From Rhina ancylostomus (Eukaryota), in the NCBI GenBank assembly GCA_030265395.1, contig JARFYF010000059.1, forward strand, positions 19,033,945 to 19,097,944: a stretch of 64,000 bases of DNA. Direction: 5' to 3'. Below are positions 24,706 to 36,490 of this stretch, piece by piece; position 1 is the stretch's first letter, and every line of letters begins with the position of its first letter. The notes beneath the pieces were generated by a model that was given only the letters and a program-made list of their open reading frames with translations, ran no database searches and was not told where the DNA came from. The translations under genes and the position numbers were made by a program.

Positions 24706-24899
24706 TTTAGTTAAACCACACTGGTTTTCAACACCGTCCAGCAACTTCCTTAAACTAATTCACAAAAGACAAATCAACATTTAATTTCACAAGAAGATTC
24801 ATTCACATCACCTCTTTGTTAACAGCCCAGTACCACAACCTTTGCATTTTAAAGGAACAATTTTCGGTCCTTCACCTGAAGACATCAGGTGAAGTTTGC

Positions 24900-25190
24900 C
24901 AGATACCTTCCAATCTTGCTCAAAGCCCATTCTTCATGTGGGGTTAGTTGGTGAGTATTAACATGCACTTGTTGACTACTGAGCCAAATCCTTTCGTCAA
25001 GTAGCTGGATACAGCCACATTCTTATAAGAGGTCAGTGAACACAATCAGGAATGGGAACCCTGACTTACCTTCTCATTCCTAATGCAGGGATAGTGAGGC
25101 TAACTAAAGTACACAGAGTGATATTTGGTTGAGATCAGTTGGCATAACCTAAATGTGGGTGGAACCAGGATTGGGTGCTGAGTTTCATAC
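24900..25190 (-). mobile_element. Unclassified SINE-like repeat (other copies near 220, 27190, 34940, 44420, 48840, 54650, 63900)
   Basis: Shared motifs cagtg..caatcaggaatgggaaccctgac..ttctc..cctaa..caggga..tgaggc and gagatcag.t; plus-strand copy at 34990-35085. Confidence 0.5.
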
Positions 25191-25547
25191 TCTGCTATTT
25201 TGAACTGTATTTAAAATATTCCTATTTTTGCTCTTTAAATGTCTGTTAATTCACAATAGTATGAAAAAACAAATTCAATTCATTATAAATTGAAGGTGCT
25301 CTGACTGGGAGACTAATCAGATTACTCATCTTTGAAACTTGTGTTTCATCAAAGACCTCAATGAGAAGCTGATGGTCCCCCTCCATCTGCTAACTGTTAA
25401 GGGTCCTGAGGAAATAAGTCTAGGGCAGCCTCAACTCAGGTTCAGCAGCTGTAAGCTAATGGCACAGATAATTCACCTCTTTATTGGCTGTCACACTAAG
25501 AGAAGCCACAAGGGTAGTTATTACAGGAATGGAAATGTCACTGTAAT

Positions 25548-25762
25548 GCAAAGCTAGGCAATGATGGCAGAATAGAGAACAATTTACTCTGGATCTTACT
25601 TTTCTATTGCTGCCCTGGGAATGTTTGACAGGAAAGTGTAGACAGAGCTTCATTCAGTAGCTACCGCATGATATACCACTGCTGGAAGTGTTTGATGGGA
25701 TATTGGAGAGGGAGCTTTAATCTGGATCTAACCAATGCTGAACCTGCCTTGAGAATATGTGC
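25548..25762. repeat. Degenerate 67-bp tandem repeat (about 3 units)
   Basis: Units ctgggartgtttgaygg...tgtagagggagcttt.tctggatctaacc..tgctg.acctg start at 25615, 25682 and 25749. Confidence 0.75.
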
Positions 25763-28194
25763 TGAGTCTGCAAGCTGAATTTTAACACGTAAAATTGCAA
25801 GGATTGGGGCTGGGTCAGATGTTAAAATTTTTTAAAAATCTAAAATACAATTCTATTTTACNNNNNNNNNNNNNNNNNNNNNNNNNNNNNNNNNNNNNNN
25901 NNNNNNNNNNNNNNNNNNNNNNNNNNNNNNNNNNNNNNNNNNNNNNNNNNNNNNNNNNNNNTTTTAAAAATCTAAAATACAATTCTATTTTACCATTATC
26001 TGAAATTTGGGGAGATGAGACAGGCAACAGCAGTAGCCAACCTGATCCCTGGACGTAGATTGGCAACACATACTTTAATAAGGTTTTTAGGCTTTATTGT
26101 GGCTGGCTAGGTTTCCTAGGTCTCATTTAACTTGGCAGCTGAAGGAGAGGACTACAGCTCCAGGGTTAATTGAGAAACAATATTGTAGCATGCTATCTGT
26201 GGAACAAGACTTACAAACAGGGAAAATTCCAGTTGGTCTCAACTTAAATGCCAGTAGGGTGCATTCAAGTAGGTGACGTTCAATGGATCGGATGCATCAG
26301 CATAGTTGAGGGCCAAGGGGATCAAAAGTACTTCTCCTCAGCCCCCAAGTTTGCCCCATGACTGCTCCACCACTATATAAACACCTCCCACCTATGCTAT
26401 TGGATTCGATAACAGCCCCCTCCAAACCCCAGAGAAGGGGCAAAGATCCTTCCTTTCCCCTATGTTGGTTGTCCATTGGATCTACCTGTTTGTTGACCTG
26501 TCATGAGTACTCCACATTCAACTGGAAGCTGAGTCTGTGGTTGAGGGACCTTTGAGGCACAAAGCATATACATTGTGCAAATCACAGCAGGTGGGTTAAT
26601 CAGACTAAAGGATTTCAATGAAAAGCTCTGATGTCCTCCCACATGTCAGCCACCGTCTTAATATCTAAGCCAGGGTGTCTAGAATGAGCAATTCCCTGTA
26701 CTGACAACTCATGTTGATAAAGTAAACAAAAGATATTTCATCAAAATTTCATTCTGAAACATCATGTAATCTCCAATGGAAACATTTGCTAAAGGAATAC
26801 AACCAGTCAGAGAAATTAGACTCTCATTGCCTTACCATAGTGTTGCAGAATCCTGAACTTATCGACTGTTNNNNNNNNNNNNNNNNNNNNNNNNNNNNNN
26901 NNNNNNNNNNNNNNNNNNNNNNNNNNNNNNNNNNNNNNNNNNNNNNNNNNNNNNNNNNNNNNNNNNNNNNGTTCACATGTTCTGATCTAGGAAGTACTTG
27001 GTAATTCTTGGACATAAGACTCTGCTGAATATCAGTTTGGGTTACTGGTTTTCTGTCCTTAATTGATCCTTGTAAAGTGAATTCTTAATCTTGGCCTTTC
27101 TGCCAGGAGAAGCATTCATGCTTCCACTTATTGGCTGCAATGAGAAACAGAAGTGTAGCTTCCTCACTAAGTATGAAACTGATCTAATGGGCCAGGAAAT
27201 TCCCAGGCCTGATTGAAATCAGTTGTTCAGTTGGCCTCAACTGAGATGTCAGTAGCAAGGCATTCCAATAGGGAGAGGATGAGTCAGCCTTTGAGGGGGA
27301 GGAAATGAGTGTTAGGAATGGTTCAAAAAGCATTGTCCTACAGAAACCTTATTGGAATTAATAAATATTCAGGGCACAGCATAGGGAATATGAACTATGC
27401 TCATAAGATTGAGCTGAACTAAGGTTAAGAATTCACTTGGAAGATCACTGTCTGAATTTGTCTATGGTTTCAACCAAAAAATCAACATGGACCAATATTT
27501 CTCATTATCTGCTGCTGGTATCTGGATAATACACATCAGTCTTTCAGGACATTGTTAGGGTAATGAACAGTGACAGTTTGAAATGTTTCAACCATTATAT
27601 TTGACTGGCAAACTGGTTTAGCTTTTACCTAAACAAAAACCTCTTTTGATTTATGTTCCCTTTTGTCAACTCCTCTCTGATCCTGGTGTTGTCAGAACCA
27701 GATCTCATTTACTAAATTATTTCTGGCTTTCCAAGCATTTTAAACAACTTAGGCAATAATTATTTAGAAAATAATAAGCCAATGCCCTTTTGTTTCAGGG
27801 TCTAGGTTCAAATTATAGAAGTTTCTAAACAGAAAGAACCAGTACAGCCCAGGTGTAACAACAGGCCCAATTTTCTCCACTGGAATTATCTTAAAGTCAG
27901 ACCCTCTTCCTTTCCCTTGGATATTAACAAATCTTTCTTGAGTGCTACAGTTGATGCAGCTTCATTAGGTTCTTGTGGTTAAAATAAACATGTTCTGAAA
28001 ATCCACTTTGGAAAAAAAGAATTTCTAATCTCTCCTTTCACATTTCTATTGATTGTTATTAATCTATCCAGACTGATAGGCTGAGGATGAACTCTGATTA
28101 ATGGAAATAAGGCACCTTCTTGAAGTGAATTTGGACAGATCAAACCACTTTCATGTGGGGTATGGGTACCTAATTTGCAAGGTGTCAGCATAAC

Positions 28195-28588
28195 ATACTA
28201 CACTCTCATTAACATTTAAGCTCCCACTCAGTGACCTAAACCTATAACCTGAGCTGCCATTTCCAATGCAGTGCTACAAAAGTGTTACACTGCTATCTCT
28301 CAGGTATGATGTGAAATTGGAGCCCTGTCAGTCTCCTCAGTTGCATGCAAGTCATCTCACCGTGCTACTTAAAGGCAAAGGCAATTTTCTTTAGTATCCT
28401 GACTGATATTCAATCCTCAACCAACATTGTGAAGAAATATTATATGGTCAATATCCATTATTTGTGGAAGCTTGCTGTGTGCAAACTGACTGCCTGGTTT
28501 CCTACTGTACAATAGTGACAAAAGAAGTACAGCATGGACCTTAATAAGCTTTGGGACATCCTGTAGTTCAGAAAGCATTTGTAATTAT
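28195..28588 (+). mobile_element. DeuSINE, nearly complete
   Basis: tcctgactgatattcaatcctcaaccaaca...tttgtggaagcttgctgtgtgcaaactgactgc...gctttgggacatcctg. Confidence 0.7.
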
Positions 28589-31479
28589 TTAGTAACTATC
28601 ATGACATCAGGATATCCCAAGAGGCATTACAGGCAATGGAGCCATTGGAAGTTGACTTTCTCTTGTAGGGAAAGGCACTTTATCAATACAAAAATACTGC
28701 TGCAGATTTTTTTCTTTTTTCTTAAATGGCAGTCTCACTCAGGCTATAGGACAATTGATATGTGAAATGGAAAATATTACCAAGGTGCTCTGGAGGATAC
28801 TCTGTAATGCTACAGTTGAGGCACGCAATCTTTAATCAGCATATGACCTGTGCATTACTGGGAATTGTTGATGGTGATGCTGGGTCGCTGGGTACTGGAA
28901 AATGTTTTCCTCTCCACTGCAATTCATTCTGCACCTTGTTGACCATGGCATTCCCAAGAATAAAGTAACATTTAATACATTTTCTTAAACTGAAATGTTG
29001 GGTTGGTCTGAGTTTTGTCAAAATAATTGCTTTTTGGCAATAGGATAAGAAATGGCATAGCTTATCCAATTTCAAAATCACTGTGTTGTCCCTATCCCTT
29101 GGCTTGTCATCTTCAACATGCCATTAAACTAATGTTGTTCATCAGCCTTATTGTGCTGTGTTTTCAGTGTTTAGAAAGTTAATTGCTGTCTTATTTTACA
29201 GCAGTAAAAACTAATGAAGTTGGCAATCAGCAGAGCCAACCTGGCAAGTTAAGTCCCGGGTTTATTAATAACATTGTCTCTGTAAAGTGTTGAGGTATTT
29301 GGGAACTGTGGTAAATCTCTAATGTGACTTGTTCCTTGGATAGCAGATGACTTATGGTAATATTTTGTCCCAGCGGGATTTCATATTTAAAAAAAATCAA
29401 TGCTCACTGAACTGATTATGTGTTTTTTTTTCAATAAATATTGTAATCACCTCCAGGTGAGAGAATTATCTCATACTCATTTCTTGGACTGAAATATTGT
29501 CATTGCTGATTAGTTTTCTGAATTTTTCCAAATCTGTTTCAACCCAATCTTCATGTTTAAAAATATTCTGAACAAGTGTGTGAAATAAACTTGGAGTTTT
29601 AACTGGAAATGGATCCTTTTTCATAGATAAAAAATAATGTGAGGCCAATCAGTAATGATGGAAAATTAAGGTGGGTATCTGCCTGGAAGAAGACTTACTA
29701 GCAGTAGTATGTGGGTTTGGTACGAATTCATTGTTCTTGTGAGTCTCTTAAGCATGATAGAATTTTGTGTGTGGCATTGAATGAATATTGTACTGCTTTA
29801 TATATCTTTGCAGTGACCAGCACCTTTTGCACTNNNNNNNNNNNNNNNNNNNNNNNNNNNNNNNNNNNNNNNNNNNNNNNNNNNNNNNNNNNNNNNNNNN
29901 NNNNNNNNNNNNNNNNNNNNNNNNNNNNNNNNNNNNNNNNNNNNNNNNNNNNNNNNNNNNNNNNNNNNNNNNNNNCACCCACCTGGCATATATGGGAAAT
30001 GAGGAAAAAAATAGGAGTGCATACAAATACTGATCTTGATACTGAGATAGGGTTTTTGAAGTTTGAAAATGTTCCATTCCAGTACTAATATTAATTTGAG
30101 AAACAGAAAATTCTCAAATGGAAAATGTAGGTTGACCCTTATCCTTCCTGTTGTTTGTCCAGATGGCTACCTGTTAGTTGATTGGCTTGCAGGTGAAGAT
30201 CCCAGCCTCCTTTGGGGGAATGGGACAATTCCTCAAGGGTCCCATCATTATATGAGCTTGTTGATTAATCTGTGGCATAGGATAGAGATAAGAATAATCA
30301 ATCACTTTCAGATTGAACTTCTATCCCTGTGGATTTCTCAGCATGCACACAGTTCAGTTCAAGAAAGAAGATCTCATTTTAAACAATCTCTTTCCTTCCC
30401 TTTTGAGGCTAAGAGAAGGAGAGCACTTACCTGGAAATCAAAGTCTTTCTGATCTTCAGCCTCAAGCTTTATGCTGTCTTCACAACTGCAATGTATATGA
30501 AGCAAACTGGTGGCATTGAACTACGACTTAGTTGATGGTTAAAACTCAGATCTTTTGCTACTTTTGCTAAGCAGGAATTAGTTCTCAGTGGTTTTCCAAC
30601 TGTTCTAAGTTAAAATCAACCCTGCTGGCTTTTCACCCTGTGAAGAAGTTGATGTTGAGGAACATAATGTAATTATGTGCTATAGAAAAGCTAAATTTGG
30701 AATGTTCCATCAGATTAAACTGTAAACATTGGATCTATGACAGACTCCGGGACAAAAAAGTGACAAATTTATCTCCTTTTCTTCATGAAGGGATTGAACA
30801 CATTCCAAGAAAATACTTTTTGTGGTGGGGTATATCATGTTGATGGACAGGTTAAAAGTATTGTGTTAAGATGTGGTTTACCTGGTGTTTAGTCAGCTGG
30901 CAATCCAGAAAGCCACGTAAACGATAGATTATCTGGGACATATCTTGCAATGTCTTATGGGACCAGACAATGTGCTGTGGCACTGGACAAAGGCAAGAAA
31001 AGGGAAAGTTTTTGCTTTCAGAGTTGGAAATATCACCAACTAAAGTAAGGAACAGCAGATATCTTCAGGCTCTTGTTTTTTTCCAATTATTATTTCTGAG
31101 TCTAAGGGCTGATATCAACCATTCCAAGGTTTATCTTTTTTTTAGGTTATGAAACAAATTAAAAGACCTGGAGGAAAAATTGCACAAACTCAACATCTTA
31201 AGTAAAATATTTATTGAGAGGATAATTTTTACAAATGTGAAGATATTTGTCATCCATTCAGAGGCTTGCAGCCAAGGGAGGCACTGTAATAGAATTTTCA
31301 ATTTATCATCCTCTTTGCAAGACATTCTTTGTTTGCTGTTTAATTTATCCACAAACCTTTAAATAAAAGATAACCTATTACATTGTGCTGGCTCGTATTT
31401 TAAGCAACATTTTAAACAAAATTTTAAATGCATTGTATTAATGTTATTGAAAGGGTAGGTTGTGTTGTAGGATCGTGTA

Positions 31480-31925
31480 TGTTTGACAAAGGTAATGTGA
31501 GAGTAATGGAGTGTGTTCACGTCAATGTTACACTGGTAGAGTGTGCACTGATGATTGTGTGAGAGTGATGGATGTTTTGATGTCAGTCTAGGGTGGGTGG
31601 GTGTATTAATAATATCAGTGTGTGAATACAGTGTGTCAGTGATAATCAGAGGAGTATGGGTGTTAGTATCAGTGTGAGGGTAGAGTGTGTGAATGACACT
31701 ATGCAGGAGAGAGGTGTACCAATGGCTGCGTGAAGGAGATACGTATTAATGATTGTGGCAATATGCTGTGCTATTGATAGTGTGAACAAGGGAACGAACA
31801 GTGAAGCACAGGAACAGGCTCTTCGGCCCACAAGTCAAGTGTTATGTTGGTGTAAGACTGTGAAAGGTGTTTAAAGTCATATTTTGAGAACGGTGTGTGC
31901 TAATTACATTATGAAAAGAGGTGTG
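31480..31925. repeat. TG-rich degenerate minisatellite/low-complexity tract (resumes about 33720-33810)
   Basis: Recurrent tcagtgtgagrgtrgagtgtgtt-like units of about 25-30 bp. Confidence 0.5.
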
Positions 31926-31934
31926 TTCATGGAG

Positions 31935-33718
31935 GTGGATCCAGCATTGAATCGCTGAACACGTGCCTTCCTCTGGCTTCTGTCCTATCTCTGCTAAAAT
32001 TAGCTTGTCCATGACACTCACCTACTGCCCCAAGACTCCGTTCCAACGAAACTATACTGACCATCCAACTTCCTTGCCTCCCTGTAAGGTGATCTTGTAA
32101 ATAGATTTCTCTCGCACTTTGTTTACCTGCACAACACTTTCTCTGTAGCTGCAGCACTGTATTTTGCATACTGTTTCTCTTTTTACTACTTTGATGTACT
32201 TCTGTATGGCATGATCTGTCTGGATGGCACATAAACAAAACCTTTTGACTGCATCTTGGTACAAGTGACAATAATATACCAATACTAACACCTTGCTTCA
32301 CTCTCTAAAGTCCATGAACTGTTGTAGCTTCCCAAATATGGCTCATTTTATCCACAAGTCCTTGTTTGAATTATTTCAATTAAGTTTCCACTCCGGCCAA
32401 AGTGCTGAAATGACTCTGATCAAAATCAGTAATGAACTTGATGAAATTATTCCTTTCCTCATTCCCTTTCTCAGTTAGGATGCAGTCTTTGTTGGTGTTA
32501 CTGCTCCATTTTCCTCCAACAGCTCNNNNNNNNNNNNNNNNNNNNNNNNNNNNNNNNNNNNNNNNNNNNNNNNNNNNNNNNNNNNNNNNNNNNNNNNNNN
32601 NNNNNNNNNNNNNNNNNNNNNNNNNAACTGTCATCCAGCTGGCTGAAACTGGACTCATTCATTTCATTCTTACCTGTCCAAAAGAACACCAATGACATCT
32701 TCTCTTAAAGCTCTTGTACTGATGCTTGTGTCCCCGTATCCTTGGCTTCCACTTACCTTTTCATCAACATGCTGCACCTATACAGCATTGTCTGAAAACA
32801 CCATGTCAGTGTCCATATGCATGCTGATGACATCCAGTTTTATTTGACCACAATCACTTCTGACTCTGCTAACTTCAAACTGTCAGACTATTTATCCAAC
32901 ATTCAGTGGGTGAGCAGAATTTTTTTCCAACTAAATATTGGGAAGATGAAAACCATCGTTTTTAGCCCCTATCACAAACTCTCTTCCTGGACCTTGACCT
33001 TGTCCCTCTCCTTGGAAATTGCCGAAATCTGATCCATATTATTTGCAAGATTGGTGTCATTCTTGACCCTGAGATGTATTTTGAGTGATATACCCATAGC
33101 ATCTCTAAGACAGCTTATTTTCACCTCAGTAACATCACCTGTCTCTGCCTGTCTGCTGCTGAAATTCCTCATCCATGTGTTTGCTACCTCTATGCTTCAC
33201 TATTTCAGTGCTATCCTGCTTGTCCTCCTTTGAACACGCTCCACAGATTTGAGCTCATCTAAAACTTTGATGCTATGTTCTAACTTACAGCCACCACAGC
33301 TGTGCCTGCTGACCTACATTGGTTCCAGTTAAGCAATGCCTTCATTTTAAAATTGTCAACCTTTCTTTTCAAATCCTTTGATGGCCTCACTTCTTTCTAC
33401 TCTGCAGTCACCCTCAACCCTACAACCCTTTGAGGTATCTGATTCCCCTCATTCTAGCCTTTTGCTTATCTCCACTGGCAGCTGTGCCTTCAGTTGCCAA
33501 AGCCGTAAGCTTTGGGCTTACTTCATGAACCCCTCTGCCTCTCTACTTCTATGTCCCCATCTCGCCCTTTAAGACTCATCTTAAAACCTGCACCATTGGA
33601 TATCTGCTCCAAAATCTCCTTCTGTGACTAAGTGCAACTTTTTTATGTAAATGGGCCCCTGTGAAGGAGCTTGTGTTAATTATATTGCATTGTGGGTGCT
33701 GTATAAAAATGAGTTGTT
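31935..33718 (+). mobile_element. L2 LINE RT region and 3' end, decayed, with a Rex1 3'-end insertion
   Basis: Remnants SLFELFQLSFHSGQSAEMTLIKISN (FQSGFR..HSTETAL), MHADDIQFYL (YADD), FFQLNIGKMKTIVF and LIHVFATSMLHYFSAIL; tail gggtgctgtataaaaatgagttgtt. Confidence 0.85.
32110..32292 (+). mobile_element. Rex1/Babar 3' UTR fragment
   Basis: ttttgactgcatcttggtacaagtgacaataatataccaatac mirrors the tail at 9110-9160. Confidence 0.7.
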
Positions 33719-34049
33719 ATGTGTCAATATTAGTGTGACATTGCGTTAATGTAAGTGTGGGGCTGATGGGTGGGTATTTATATCTATGTAAAGGTGTTTA
33801 ATCCTGGTTTGTAGATGGTTTATGCATGGTTCAGTTACGATAAACCGGAATTCAATCTGTTTAGAGCAAGAAATTATCAATATCTATTTATGGTAAATAG
33901 GGAGAATGAGTGCTCCATATATTCATTTAAAATCTGAGGGAAAACCCACATTGCAAAAAAAATCACTAAACAAAATAATACTGGTTGAATTAATAAGAAA
34001 ATAGTGATCAAGATGATGCCAGAACTTGATGGTAGGAATAAAGAGGGAA

Positions 34050-34162
34050 GAGACACAAGAAACTGCAGATGCTGGAATCCAGAGCCAAAAACAAGCAGGT
34101 CAGGCAGCATCTGTGGAGGCAAAGGGATAGTTCACATTTTGTGTCGAGACCCTTCATCTGTG
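34050..34162 (-). mobile_element. Penelope-like terminal repeat
   Basis: acacaagaaactgcagatgctggaatc...caggtcaggcagcatctgtggagg...gtcgagacccttcatc. Confidence 0.75.
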
Positions 34163-35489
34163 CATAGAGGGAGGAAGTTGTGCAATCTTGAAGTTAGGAT
34201 TGTGCAAGATGTTGTGCTGAGCTTTGTTTTGGTCATGATGTGATAAGGGTGTGGGAGACTGCCTGAGTTGAAGAAGCTGAGAGCATAGGAGGATTAAGAA
34301 TGGAAGTTCAAAGGAATAAATTCCATGGTAGTATCAATGCAGAGAGATAAAAAACATCCTGGTGGTTTTCATGGCAGTAGTGAAATGTGCAGTAGTATTT
34401 TAATGTAGACACCTAAGGATAGAAGCAGTTATAAATTGATGCTGTGAAACTCTAACCCTGAAGGCCTGTGCATTTCATATTTCCTCGTGTTGGTGAGCTG
34501 AGATTACATTTAAATTAATTTTAACATCTAAATTCCAATCATCCCTCACAGGCTCCATTACAAAAGAGTCATTACTGTTCAACTCAACAGGGAGGAGCAG
34601 TCAGACTCCTTGACTGTGGTAGGACATTGGATGTGACCTCTGTATTAGTTGTGTAATTCTCAGATGGTTGGACTGTGTCTGTTCATAATAAATAGTATGT
34701 GTTTCTCCAGCTGAGGTGGTGGGCTGATTGAGGTCATGGGTTGCTCCACTGGGGTTGTTGGATCTCACCCTCCCCAACTTGAGGCAGCTCTAGAGTTAAA
34801 CATATCAAAAACTCTTACATAGTTATCGATTGGTTGACATCTTCAGATGGTTGTGTCTTGGTTTTTGTTATTTCCCAATGCTATTAAGTACAAAGGCAGT
34901 ACAATATTTTGCTAGTAGTTAGTTTTAAACCATACAGAAAGAGCCAAATAAAATTTAGACTGAGTTTGAAGCTCCAGTTCTCCTCAGTGGCCTGAATTGA
35001 TAGGGTAGGAAACTGGCCAGGATTTCCTCACATTAATCACTATCCAGTGTACTGGTGGATGTTAGATAAGGACAGGCTCAGGAATCATCTGTTTTGTGGC
35101 AACAGGGAGAGGTGCTTATTGCTTAAACATGGACCTTGTAAGATGGTGGAAAACTGCCAGAATCTAGGGTGTATTCTGGTATGGGCCAAAGGAATGGAAA
35201 GAAAGTTGAAAGGATAGTTGAGAAAGGGCAGTTGTTTCTGTTAAAATTTTGATGCAGGGAAAGAGTTTTCATAACAGTGAGATTATCATTGTCATATTTT
35301 ATGGGAAATTCTACCACCACATCTGAAGGTTTGACCAACAAGACCATCCAAGCACTGCTTAGGGTGATGATGCCTCTTTAAGCAGGCAGCTAATGCTCAG
35401 TGAAGAGCATTGCCACCCCTGAACTGGGTTTCAGGTTTAACTCCCCCTCTAGAAACTTGAGCATTTAAGGGAAGTTGATACTTTAATGA

Positions 35490-36490
35490 ATTTTTGCGAG
35501 TCATGTGAGGTTTATAGGGAATATATGCAAGAACTTAATAAAGAAATTAGGTAGGCAAAAAGGGACTATGAAATGACCTAGGCAGGGAGGATTAAGTAGA
35601 AACCTAAAACCTTTTATAAGTATGTAAGAAGCAAGGGGGTAACTAAGAATAGGTCACCTCAGAGACCAAAGGAGTAATTGATGCCAAAATGAGCGAGATC
35701 CTAAGTGAATACTTCTCACCAGTATTCATCAGGGAGAAAGTGTGTGAAGGCTGGAGAGTTAAGGAAGGGGTACGCTGATTTTCTGGAGCATGTCTGTTTC
35801 AAGAAGGAGGAAGTGCCAGAAATATTGGAGCACATTAGGGTGGATAAATCCCCAGGGCCTGACGGGATCTATCTCAGAATCCTAAGGGAAGCAAGGGAGC
35901 AGATTGCTGGGGCTTTGACAGAGATTTTTGCATCTTCATTAGCCACGGGTGGAATACCAGAAGATGGGAGGATAGCTGGCTCCTCATTTATAAAGGGCTA
36001 TAGGGATAACCCTGGAAACTGCAGCTGGTGAGCCTTACATCAGTGGTTGTTGGAGAAGATTCTGAGGGACATGATTTATGTTCTTTTGGAAAGGCTGTGA
36101 CCAATTGGAGGAGTCAGTGTGGTTTTGTGGAGGGGAGAAAATTGATGAAGGTAGAATGTTAGGCATGGTTTACAAGGACTTTGGTAAAGCATTTGACAAG
36201 GTCCCATGTGGTAGGTTGGTCCAGAAGATTAAGGCACAAGGAATCTGAGACATGTTGATAAACTGGATCCAAAATTGGCTTAGTGATAGGAAGAAGTGGG
36301 TAGTGATGGATGCATGTTTCTCTGACTGGAAGTCTGTAACAAGTGTTGTGCAGCAAGGATCAGTGCTGGGACCTTTGTTTATAAGATATATGAATGATTT
36401 GGATGGAAATGTAGGTGGTATCATTTGGAAGCGTGCAGACCATACAAAAATTGGTGGATTTGTAGATAGCAGACTAGGTTGTCTCACGAG
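35490..36490 (+). mobile_element. CR1 LINE ORF2 reverse transcriptase, frameshifted
   Basis: DKSPGPDGIYLRILREAREQIAGALTEIF, DFGKAFDKVP, NWIQNWLSDRKKWVV, SDWKSVTSVVQQGSVLGPLF..YMNDLD, ADHTKIGG. Confidence 0.95.
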
